From the NCBI GenBank assembly GCA_965660445.1, contig CBFIAK010000002.1, positions 64,001 through 128,000 on the forward strand: DNA of 64,000 nt, written 5' to 3'. Below are positions 8,979-18,747 of this stretch, piece after piece. Position numbers and translations under genes: made by a program. A model generated the notes under the pieces. The model worked only from the letters and a program-made list of their open reading frames with translations. It did no database searches and was not told where the DNA came from. This stretch comes from Patescibacteria group bacterium. Its GTDB lineage: Bacteria > Patescibacteriota > Gracilibacteria > UBA4473. Positions within the stretch are counted from its first letter, which is position 1, and each line of letters begins with the position of its first letter.

Positions 8979-9527
8979 TTATTTATAAGAATCACACAAT
9001 TCGTTGTATATGCATTTTGAGCATTTATTTATATTTGTGTTTATATCTTGAGTAATACTATATGAACGCATTCTCTTTAGAGTGTTTTCAAATTTTGTTT
9101 TTTGGTATAGATCGGGCTTTTCTATTTCAGTTCTTTTATTATCAGTAAGAGAATGAATAAATAGTCTTTCAACACGGTGCCCCATTTCTTGAAGACAAAA
9201 CATCTGAGCCCATAATTGATATTTATATCCATCATAAATTTTAAAAATCTTATTTTTTCTTTCTATTAGGTGATTGTCTTTAGTATTCAGCATGTCTATT
9301 TTTCCACATAATCCGTATTTCTGACTATATACATCAAGGTTTGTGATCCATTTCTTTTCAGATGAATACTTTTTTTGATCAATTGATTCATGGGCTATTT
9401 TTCCATTCCTTTGTGATTCTTGATGATAAATTGCTTCATTATATTTTTGATATAATTTATGAAAATAAATAGACTTTGGGCAGAAAACAAAGTCGTTGAT
9501 ATTTGAAATAGGGATGTATGATTCCAT
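8979..9527 (-). CDS. cas4: type V CRISPR-associated Cas4
   Basis: ISNINDFVFCPKSIYFH, GKIDM, ERK, QLWAQMFCL, C-terminal CxxCxxxxxC FeS ligands. Confidence 0.95.
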   Translation of the reverse strand: MESYIPISNINDFVFCPKSIYFHKLYQKYNEAIYHQESQRNGKIAHESIDQKKYSSEKKWITNLDVYSQKYGLCGKIDMLNTKDNHLIERKNKIFKIYDGYKYQLWAQMFCLQEMGHRVERLFIHSLTDNKRTEIEKPDLYQKTKFENTLKRMRSYSITQDINTNINKCSKCIYNELCDSYK

Positions 9528-9637
9528 TTTTTATATTAAAGTAAAATATCAAAAATATATGTCAATTTTATTTTGTGATTTAAAAAGATTGAAAATCTTA
9601 ATTTTTTCTTTATATTTTAATAAATATCTATTGTGTT

Positions 9638-12600
9638 ATGAATGAATATGAGCTCCCGTATGAACAAAGAAAAACTATTCGTTTTTCCTTGGAACCAAAG
9701 GAGATAGGAAGAGTATATGAGCCAATAAAATCCTCAAAAAATTTAGGTGAACAACTTCAAGATTTTATTACACAATATCAATCAATTATTACTAATTTAG
9801 AAAAGCAAATCTTTTTTAATAAAGATGGGAAAAAAAGTTTAAAGAAGAAAATTTGCATAAAACATGCATGGCTTCGAACTTACACTAAAACAGAATTTTA
9901 TAATGTAAAATATAAAATTATCATTGTTGATAATGATGGGCGAAAAAGAGATAATAAAAGCTTAATTAGTGACACTGATTTATCTTTTTTGAAAGAGTAT
10001 TTTGAAAATTGGATTATTGAAAATCAGGAATGCGTGAATAGTTTACAAAGTTTTTTAGAGCAACCAGAAGAAAGCCAAAAACGGATTTCCGAGTTCGCCT
10101 ATTGGATCCAAAGAATTTCAAAGCGAAGTAATTTTGAAGCTCTTTTTGAATTGTTTAATGAAAATATTAATCATAAAGACAGTAATGAAGAAATTGATAG
10201 AATTAAAAAGGTTTTGAATGAATGTAAACTATTACTAAAAACTTTGGAAAAAGAACTTTTGCCTAGCCAGTCTTTGGGATTAGAAATTGAACGAGCAAGC
10301 TTGAATTATTATACCGTGAATAAAAAACCGAAAGATTATGATGAGGAAATAAACAAGAAAAAAGAGGCTCTTTCAGAGAGCGACAGCTTTCAAAAAGCAG
10401 ATATAGATTTATTTACAAAAGTTGAATTTACCGAAAAAGACCTTCCTATCGGGGATCTTAAACAAGCAATGAAAGTATTTAAAGCAAACCAGAAGTCAAA
10501 GTTTTATGAGTTTGTTAATCAAAATAAAAGTTATGATGACTTACAAAATAATGATGGGTTAAAATTGTTAAATGACATTATCAAAGCAAATTTTAATAAA
10601 TTTAAAAGTGAGAAGGACAAGCAAAAAAGAGGTAAGCACTTTCAATTTTCATTCAGTAAATATAAGAAATTCTGCAATATATATAAAAATATTGTTGTAA
10701 AATACGGTCAAATTAAAGCTAAAATCAAAACTCTAGAAAAAGAAAAGATAGATGCCGAGCGGATGCAATCATGGGCGATGATTTTAGAGAAAGACAATCA
10801 AAAATATATTCTTACGATTCCACGTGATGCTCATAGTAATCTTCCAAGTGCTAAAAATTATATTAATGGTCTGAAAGATGAACTAGATGGTACATGGAAA
10901 CTTCATGCTTTTGAATCTTTAACATTGCGGGCGTTGGATAAGCTTTGTTTTGGATTAGATAAAAACACATTTCTTCCGACAATAAAAGATGAATTACAGC
11001 AAAAAGATGCATCTTTTCTTGAAGCTGGAAATCTAAAGCGAAAAGATCAGTTTTCTGATGATGGTTTAGAGTTGATTAAGTTTTATCAGACAGTTTTAGG
11101 TTTGGACGCAACTCGAAAGGTTCTAGCGATAAGTGATTTTAAAGGACTAGCAGCGATTATAGGTAATGAGAATTATGAGAACAAAGAAGAGTTTGAAAAA
11201 GACTTAAAACAAGCTTGTTACTATAAAAAAGCAATTACTATTTCTAAAGAAACTAAAAACACATTGGTCAAATCCTACAAAGGAAATCTGTATAAAATCA
11301 CCAGTTATGATTTGCAGAAGAAAGATAATGAAGAAATCAACAAATTAGAAAATAAGCAAGAATTTGATAGAAGTAATTCTGAAGTACACACTAAAATTTG
11401 GTTAAATTTCTGGACGGTAGATAATACTAAAAGAAGATATGATATAAGGCTTAATCCGGAATTAAAGATTAGTTTTGTAGAGAAGAAAACTGAAGAGTTG
11501 AAAGATGAAAATTTGGGAATGTTAAAGAAGAATAGAAGACAAGAAGATAGATATTTACTTTCAACAACTATTACCTTACAAGCCCATAAACGAAATGCTG
11601 ATTTGTCATTTAAGGGAACGGATGAAATTGTGAACTTTATTCAGACATATAACGATGAATTCAATAAAAATATAAAACCTTTTGATATTTACTACTATGG
11701 TTTGGATAGAGGACAGAAAGAGCTTCTTACTTTAGGAGTGTTTAAGTTTTTGGAATCAAAAAAAATTCCGTTTACAAAACAAGATAATTCATCAGGAAAA
11801 TACTATAAGCCAGAATTTATTCCAATTGAAGCATATGAGCTAAAATCAGATAAGTTTTTAGAACAAAATGAGAAAGGTAGAATAGCTTATAAAAGTATTT
11901 CTGAATTTATAGATAATACCGATATTGTTAAGAAAAAAGATATTAATTCTTGTTTTGATATGTCTACCGCCAAATTAATTAAAGACAAAATTGTTATCAA
12001 TGGCGATATTGCAACATATCTTGAGCTAAAACGAATAAGCGCATTGCGGAAAATTTATGAAGGAACAACACAAGGGAAATTTAAGTCCGAAAATATCTGC
12101 TTTAATGCGGATAAAGGAGCATTATTTCTCAATATAGAAAATAGAGGAAAATTGGAGAATAAAGATTTGTATTTTTATGATGAACGCTTTGCAAGTATTC
12201 TTTCCTTGAATGATATCAAAAAAGAATTACAAGATTATTACAGTACTCTTAAAAATAAAGGCGGAGTTGAAATTATTACCATTGATAAAGTAAATAATCT
12301 TCGCGATGCTCTTTGCGCTAACGCAGTTGGTATTTTAAATCATTTGCAAAAACAATTCTCTGGAATGATGTTTTTCGAAAATTTGGATATTTCAAATAAA
12401 AATCAAAGAATTAGTGAATTTTCAGGGAATCTAGGAAGTCGAATTGAATGGAAATTACTACAAAAATTTCAAACTCTTAATCTAGTGCCTCCCAATTATA
12501 AACAGGCAATGATCTTGCAAAGCAAAAAAAGTATTAACCAACTGGGAATAATTGCATATATAAAAACGAGTGGTACTAGTAACGAATGTCCTCATTGTGG

Positions 12601-12787
12601 CACAAAAAATTCAGATAAAACGAAAAAATGGCAGGGACATGCTTATGAGTGTATAAATAGCCACTGTCTATTTAGTACAGAAGATAAGGGAAATAGGCAA
12701 GGTCTTGATTGTCTTGATGATTCAGATAAAGTGGCAAGTTATAATATTGCAAAAAGGGGACTAGACTTCATTATTAGAAAAAAATAA
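9638..12787 (+). CDS. divergent type V effector, Cms1/Cas12a2-related (Smithella-type, Cas12a3-like), 1049 aa
   Basis: WED start KTIRFSLEP; RuvC-I YGLD690RG, RuvC-II FFE914NL, RuvC-III DSD1030KVASYNIAKRG; Zn ribbon C984PHC987...C1005...C1010. Motifs LPSQSLG..ASLNYYTVNKK, FESLTLRALDKLCFG, RLNPE and DMSTAKLIKDKIVINGD resemble Smithella Cms1 as recalled from memory. Confidence 0.85.
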   Translation: MNEYELPYEQRKTIRFSLEPKEIGRVYEPIKSSKNLGEQLQDFITQYQSIITNLEKQIFFNKDGKKSLKKKICIKHAWLRTYTKTEFYNVKYKIIIVDNDGRKRDNKSLISDTDLSFLKEYFENWIIENQECVNSLQSFLEQPEESQKRISEFAYWIQRISKRSNFEALFELFNENINHKDSNEEIDRIKKVLNECKLLLKTLEKELLPSQSLGLEIERASLNYYTVNKKPKDYDEEINKKKEALSESDSFQKADIDLFTKVEFTEKDLPIGDLKQAMKVFKANQKSKFYEFVNQNKSYDDLQNNDGLKLLNDIIKANFNKFKSEKDKQKRGKHFQFSFSKYKKFCNIYKNIVVKYGQIKAKIKTLEKEKIDAERMQSWAMILEKDNQKYILTIPRDAHSNLPSAKNYINGLKDELDGTWKLHAFESLTLRALDKLCFGLDKNTFLPTIKDELQQKDASFLEAGNLKRKDQFSDDGLELIKFYQTVLGLDATRKVLAISDFKGLAAIIGNENYENKEEFEKDLKQACYYKKAITISKETKNTLVKSYKGNLYKITSYDLQKKDNEEINKLENKQEFDRSNSEVHTKIWLNFWTVDNTKRRYDIRLNPELKISFVEKKTEELKDENLGMLKKNRRQEDRYLLSTTITLQAHKRNADLSFKGTDEIVNFIQTYNDEFNKNIKPFDIYYYGLDRGQKELLTLGVFKFLESKKIPFTKQDNSSGKYYKPEFIPIEAYELKSDKFLEQNEKGRIAYKSISEFIDNTDIVKKKDINSCFDMSTAKLIKDKIVINGDIATYLELKRISALRKIYEGTTQGKFKSENICFNADKGALFLNIENRGKLENKDLYFYDERFASILSLNDIKKELQDYYSTLKNKGGVEIITIDKVNNLRDALCANAVGILNHLQKQFSGMMFFENLDISNKNQRISEFSGNLGSRIEWKLLQKFQTLNLVPPNYKQAMILQSKKSINQLGIIAYIKTSGTSNECPHCGTKNSDKTKKWQGHAYECINSHCLFSTEDKGNRQGLDCLDDSDKVASYNIAKRGLDFIIRKK

Positions 12788-12821
12788 GAAAAACTAGTTT
12801 TCAATCAGAATGAATCCATTT

Positions 12822-15800
12822 TTATTCTTTTGTAAACGTAAAGTCGTCCCATTCTGTGTTTGATATATAGAGGTTTGGGTATTTGCTAAAATCAGAATCT
12901 GTGTGAGCGTGATCGGATAGTTTCTGTAAGAGAATAATTCCTTTTTTTGCGATATTATAAGCTCCATTCTCATCGCCATTAGTTGGAAGATTATTATTTT
13001 CTACTTTTCTACTATCAAAAAAAGGTTTTACAGGAGAAAGAATGAAGTCTTGTTTATTGATATCGTTTTCTTTTTCATCCGTGTTTCGTATCTGACAAAT
13101 TAAGTTAAAATAGAAGATGACATCCTTGAAAAATTGTTCATTCCCCTTTGTTTCTAATTCGTCAATTTGTCCTAAAATATTGCGATTCTTATCAAGGTTA
13201 TAAGTTTCAAATAATAATTCTATGTTTTTTGTAATATCTCTAAAGTGTTCATATCCACCTTTGTTGTTATTTGATTGCCGATTCCATCGAAAACGTTCTA
13301 CGCAACTGTAAACTGTCCAAATAGTGTTTTGAGGATATTCTTTTTGTTTTCGAAAATTTCGGATATTATAGGTGAATTCAAATCTTCCATTTTGAAATTC
13401 TATATTTGAGAATGTTAATATATCTTTTTTTGCATTTTCAGTATTCGAATATTTTAGATATAAATGAGGTCTCCATCCAGTAACGGGATCAATTTTTGAT
13501 GTATATGCTGCTTGTGTATAGAATATTATCCCAGTTTGTTTTCCCATTTTTTGGAAACTATCAAACGGGGCAGTAAGTTGGTATGCTCTCAATAGGTGTC
13601 CTGCTTTTTGAGGATCTATTTCGCCTTTGTGAACAAGAAATCCTAGTTTATCAATCAATGCTTTTTCAAGTTGTTGATAAATTGATTTTTCTATTCCTCC
13701 ACGAATTTGTTTAAATCGCATATTCAGATCTTCTAAAACAATGATTGCATTATGCTCAATTGCAAGATCGGCAAGTTTACGTACAACTTGTGAAATATAC
13801 CCTTTTTTTAAGTCTTTTATTCCTTCTACGGTTTGCCAATCTTTTCGGGCTTGTTCTCTGTGTTCAGCTTTTTCTTGTAGTTTTTCTGCATAATTTATCT
13901 GCGTATCGTTTCCTCCTTTTATAGTATTTAAACTTCCACTCTCAATTATTTTTCCTGCTTGTGTAATCACCGAATAATAGGCAAGATGTTTTTCTCCTCG
14001 GTCTACGCCAATAATATTTATATCTTGGTTATTTGCGAGAAAAGTATTTATTTTACTATTAAATTGAGATACATTATTTTCTGTTCTATTAAGTGTTATT
14101 GGAACATGAAAAAATATTTTGTTTTCAGTAAATCGATTTTTATGAAATGCTTTTTCGCTTTTTTCAAGAACTATTCCCTGATTTGTAGTAATTTTTTCTT
14201 TTTTTAAGTCTTTTGTTTTTGGTCGATAAAATATCTCGGCTTGTCCATTTAGTTTTATAGGGAAATTTTGAGATATGTTTTCATCAGAAAAAAGCGATTC
14301 AAAGTAAAGAGTATGAAGATTTTTAGATCCTCTAGATCCTTCATTCCAATCTTTGTTTTTAATTTGAAAGAGATAAAGTTCTCCACTTTTATTCTTTTCT
14401 TTTATATATGATTCGGAAATATCTTGAAAGGTTATTTTATAACCATCTTCAGCTACATCTCTAAAAAATTCGCCAATATTATCTTGGTAGTTTGTAGTTG
14501 TTTTTATATGAGTAAAATTATATCCTTTCCATCCTTCATATTGATTCAAGCAATTTTTATAAAAATCGATAAGTTTATGCATACTTGCAATGGAGAACGA
14601 ATCGCCTTTCTTGAATTCTTCATTTTTGTAAATATTTAAAATTTCTTCTGAAGGATAGAATTCATTTATTCCTTTTTTTGAAAAGCAAACTTTGGGAAAC
14701 ATCTTTGCTTGATCTGGAAAGAATTTATATACAACCTTTTGATATTTTCCTTGTTCAATGTTTTGGGAGAACTTTTCTTTGTTCCGTTTATCAAATATTT
14801 TATTGTTTCCTTTCTTCATCAGCCCAATAAAGTATCTCTCATCTTTTCGTAAAAGAATAGCTGAATTATCGGATTCTTTATTCTTATCCCATCCATCCGC
14901 AAGTGTGGGATTCTCAAAATTGAGTTTCCATTTTTCTTCGCTATATGGTTTTTTTGTAAGATAGTTTCTTATTTTGTTATACGGTTGTATGATTTCCTCA
15001 TAAGCATTGTTATAAAAATGATCTTTGTATCCAAAATTAGGGTCATTATAAAAATTTCCAATTATGTAATCATCCCCAACCCATTTTCTTTTTTTCTCAA
15101 GAGAGAAATATTTTGCTATTTGATAAATACTTAAAACAGAGTCAGCAAAATTTTTGATAATAATCTTTGAATCTGAATTGAGTGTGAAATTATCAAGGAG
15201 ATTTGAGAAATCTTTTTCAAAGGTGTTATATCCAATTCCTATTACGGAGTCTGTTTTTGAATTAATTATTTCTCTATTAAAAAGAGAGTTAAACTCATAA
15301 TGAAAAATCGTTAAAAACTGATTCCAAATATTTTTTTCTGTGTGATTTAAAATCTCATTATATCTTTCTTTCCACATATTTCCTTCAAGTATTATATCTT
15401 CTAATGCGTTTTTAATATGTTCAAGTGCTATAAAATCAGGAAATGAATAGCCTCCATCTTTTTTTTTCGCAGATGATGTGATTTTTTTGTTTTTTAAAAT
15501 CTCAAAAATATGCTTTTCTAAAAATTCAGTTTCATTTGTCCATTTATGGGTAATGGTATTGAGAGCTTCTTTTGAGATGTGTATTTCAGAAAGATTATAT
15601 TTTTCTTGATTATTAATAAAATCAGTGAAAAGATTTCTTAAAATAATTGTTTTTGTCTCTGCTGATTGATGAAATGTTTTTAAAACTTCTAATAAGTCTG
15701 ATTCTCCTTCTATTTCATCAATAATTTCTTTTTCATATTCACTGAGTATTTGTTTGTCTAATAATTTAAAAAATGGAATCTTTTCACCTTTATTATCTTG

Positions 15801-16655
15801 TCTGTATTTATTGATACATTCATTAAGCCCTTTTAGTTTTTCTCCATTTTTTAGTGTTTTTCCTCCTAAGAGGGTATTGTATACATTAATACCATCTTGT
15901 AATAAACAAGAATTGTAGAAATCCAAAGAAAAAATACTTGAAAGTGATTGTCCGAAATTGAATTCTACTTCTGAGAAATCTATTTTTTCTTTTATACTCT
16001 CAAAAATAAGGATATTATCACAAAAACGTTTTAAATTTTGATCCACTATGCGAGTTGCAATTGCAGTCGTTGTTCCATCATCTTTATAGAAATTCTTACG
16101 AGTTTCAAAGAACTTTATAAAATATCCAGTAAAACCTTTCCAACTATCAAAAATAGAAATAACCTCATTTGTACTCTCATCTATTATTGTTGATTTTTCT
16201 TCCTCTCCATATCGTTCTTTGAGAATCTTAAAGATTTCTTCTTCAAAAAGAATACCTATATCGTTTTTCTTTATTTTTAAATGTGAATATTGTTGTGCCC
16301 AAATTTTGCCTTGTTCGTGAAAAAAGGTAATAACTTCTTTTCTGAGTTCTTTTTCTTTTTTTTTTATTTCTTTTGTATAATTTTTTTGATCAATTCTCCA
16401 TTTCTTAAAAATATCTAACTACTCTTTATTTAATCCAGAGAGAACTGCATTTTGAAGTGATTTCTGAACAAACTCTCTATGAAGACGATCAAAATAGGGT
16501 TTAGTAGCCTCATATTTTATTTTGATTGTTTCATCTTTCTCAAAAACTTTATTTTCTTCTAATAATTGTTGTGTATTGCCCACTGGTTTTAATTCAAAGC
16601 GTAATGTTTTACTAATTGGGTACTGATTGACGAAACTATCAAAGACAGATGACAT
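12822..16655 (-). pseudogene. cas12a: Cas12a (Cpf1), 1277 codons, with one in-frame TAG at codon 79 (16419-16421)
   Basis: YPISKTLRFELKP start, KLNFENPTLADGWDKNKE, LYLFQIKNKD, NLHTLYF, IIGVDRGE, IVLEDLN, GDENGAYNIA. The two ORFs share one frame and the region between them translates without other stops. Confidence 0.92.
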
Positions 16656-16743
16656 GTTTAATAAAATAAAAACATTCTTTTTATATCATAAAATGAAATA
16701 TTCTGAAAATTTAATTTCTATCACTATTTTATAAATACTCATC

Positions 16744-16765
16744 AAAAAACCCTTTAATAGAGTTT
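16744..16765 (-). terminator. putative terminator after tRNA-Arg
   Basis: Minus-strand AAACTCT-ATTAA-AGGGTTT followed by TTT. Confidence 0.5.
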
Positions 16766-16787
16766 AGATGTACAGTATGGAGCTTGG

Positions 16788-16862
16788 TGGTACCCCCGCC
16801 AAGAATTGAACTTGGATCTTCAGCTTAGAAGGCTGTTGCTCTATCCATTGAGCTACAGGGGC
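16788..16862 (-). tRNA. tRNA-Arg(UCU)
   Basis: GCCCCTGTAGCTCAATGGATAGAGCA-ACAGC-CTTCTAA-GCTGA...GTTCAATTC...GGGGGTACCA. Confidence 0.95.
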
Positions 16863-16989
16863 GTTTGGAAAACGGAGGGATTATAAGAAAAGAAGAAAAA
16901 AAAGAAAAGAAAAAATTTGACGCTCTTTCATTTTTTTATACAATTTTGAGGCTCTTGGCAAAAGAGGTATTCCTCATATATTTGCATAC

Positions 16990-17064
16990 GTCACCATCGT
17001 CTAGTGGTTAGGACGCCAGGTTTTCATCCTGGTAACGGGGGTTCGATTCCCCCTGGTGATGCCA
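16990..17064 (+). tRNA. tRNA-Glu(UUC)
   Basis: GTCACCATCGTCTAGTGGTTAGGAC-G-CCAGG-TTTTCAT-CCTGG...GTTCGATTCC...GCCA. Confidence 0.96.
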
Positions 17065-17077
17065 AAAAGCCCTGAAA

Positions 17078-17170
17078 TAAGAATTAGGAATTATGAATTA
17101 AGGAAACATCACAAGGTTTTGCACAACCTTGTGATGTTTGTGATGGAAACAAGATTCCAGATTCGATCAC
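17078..17170. repeat. intergenic palindromic/heptamer repeat element, copy B
   Basis: Perfect 15-bp hairpin 17104-17139 (AAACATCACAAGGTT-ttgcac-AACCTTGTGATGTTT), GAATTA heptamers, shares its core with 4564-4591. Confidence 0.7.
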
Positions 17171-17244
17171 TTTAGTGTTCCCGCCCTTCGCTGTGATTCT
17201 CAACTTTCAGTTTTGTTTTTTTGTTGTTTTGGTATCATCTATGT

Positions 17245-18747
17245 ATGAATACTGGTTTAGATATACATACTTTTATGACCATTTTAGTGAGTGTGCTTTT
17301 TGTGCGTACGGTGCTTTTTCATCTTGAGTTATGGCAACGCCGTGATTACCGTTGGGATCGTTTGCGTGAGCATCTGATGCGTACTACAGAAGGGCGACAA
17401 AAAATCTGGAACCTGTGGTTTTTTAAAGGTATGCCTCGTCCTGCATTATCGGGCAGACTTCTTTTTATTCTTTTCTTTTTTGGACTGCTCCTCTTTGCTC
17501 TCTTTCATAAATTTTATCCGTGGGATGTGCTGCTTATCCATATAAAAGAAGGGGAATTTATTCAACCGTATTTTTGGATTCTTCTTCTTGTCTTTGAACG
17601 ACTCTTATGGGCAATTATTGCCTCAGCCGTTCTATTTTCTCGTATTCCTGCGGATATACTCAAAGAACGATTATTTATTCGTGCTCAAAAAATAATAGAT
17701 ACCTACGAAAACGAAGTAATCCGTATCGGTATCACCGGAAGTTACGGAAAATCAACCACCAAAGAAATACTAGTCCATTTACTGAATACAGCTTTTGGAC
17801 CAGAGAATGTTTTATATAACCCTAAAAATCATAATACAGAAGTGGCTCTTGCACGACTCCTCCTGAATAGTCGTCAGTTTTTTACTCATCAATCAACAAA
17901 GCCAAAAATAATTGTTCTTGAAATGGGAGCCTACGGAAAAGGAGAAATAGAACGAGTTTGCCAATTTTTTCGTCCGCATATCAGTATTTTAACAGGAGTA
18001 AATAACCAACATATCCCCCTCTTTGGGTCACAACGAAATATCCAAGAAGCCAAATTCGAGCTCGCGCATGCAACGAGAGAAAAAGTTTTTTTTAATGCCG
18101 AGAGTGCATTACTCAAATCTATCTGTGAAGAAAAACAAGTTTCTGCCACCCTTATCCCTCTTTCGTTTCAATCAGCCCATAATATTACACCTCATCCGAC
18201 CTATACAGAGTTTGAAGTATATGGAGAAACGTTTCATCTTCCGTGGAGAGGGGAGTTTTTTGTACTGAACGCTTTGCTCGCTCTCGAAACCGCCCGAGAA
18301 TTAGATATACCCGTCTCACTTCTTTCAAACGCACTTCGCACTCTGCCTCCTCTTGAACGAGCGTTGAGTGTGCAAATACATCCTTCAGGAGCTCAAATAC
18401 TGGTTGATCCGTATTCAGCAAATCTTGATGGAGTCCTCTCGGCGGTTGATCAATTACGAATGGTTTCGGGGAAACGAATATTTGTAGGCATCCCTATGAT
18501 TGAACTGGGAAATACGACAAAAGAATCACATAGGATTCTCTTTGAAAAATTGAGAGATTGTGGAGCGTATGTATTCTGGATGAAACCAGATTATTCTTCA
18601 CTTGGTAAACAAATTTGTGGGGAAAAATTTATAGGAGACAATACTTCTGTCTTCCGTGAGTTAACGCAGCATCTTTCAAGTGAAGATATTATTCTTTTTG
18701 AGTCAAGAATTCCTCAGTCGTTCCAAAATATTATTGCCCCAAAATAG
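17245..18747 (+). CDS. murF: MurF-like Mur ligase with N-terminal TM segments
   Basis: IGITGSYGKSTTKE, NHNTEV, VLEMGAYGKGEI, HIPLFGS, DPYSAN, PMIELG. Confidence 0.82.
   Translation: MNTGLDIHTFMTILVSVLFVRTVLFHLELWQRRDYRWDRLREHLMRTTEGRQKIWNLWFFKGMPRPALSGRLLFILFFFGLLLFALFHKFYPWDVLLIHIKEGEFIQPYFWILLLVFERLLWAIIASAVLFSRIPADILKERLFIRAQKIIDTYENEVIRIGITGSYGKSTTKEILVHLLNTAFGPENVLYNPKNHNTEVALARLLLNSRQFFTHQSTKPKIIVLEMGAYGKGEIERVCQFFRPHISILTGVNNQHIPLFGSQRNIQEAKFELAHATREKVFFNAESALLKSICEEKQVSATLIPLSFQSAHNITPHPTYTEFEVYGETFHLPWRGEFFVLNALLALETARELDIPVSLLSNALRTLPPLERALSVQIHPSGAQILVDPYSANLDGVLSAVDQLRMVSGKRIFVGIPMIELGNTTKESHRILFEKLRDCGAYVFWMKPDYSSLGKQICGEKFIGDNTSVFRELTQHLSSEDIILFESRIPQSFQNIIAPK

Noticed and set aside
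9638-12787. TnpB/IS605 or CAST effector interpretation
   Set aside because: Too large, has a Cas12a-type N-terminus and intact RuvC, and no tnpA/tnsBC or transposon ends are nearby.
16330-16390. Homopolymer frameshift or phase variation in cas12a (A10 run)
   Set aside because: Manual translation shows the frame is kept through the run; the lesion is the TAG.
16656-16787. Degenerate mini-repeat, regulatory crRNA or tracrRNA upstream of cas12a (AATTTCTAT...)
   Set aside because: There is no matching GTAGAT arm, so no Cas12a handle can form.
6580-16803. att-like direct repeat (CCCGCCA) at the island ends
   Set aside because: Only 7 bp, and explained by the tRNA sequences themselves; there is no integrase.
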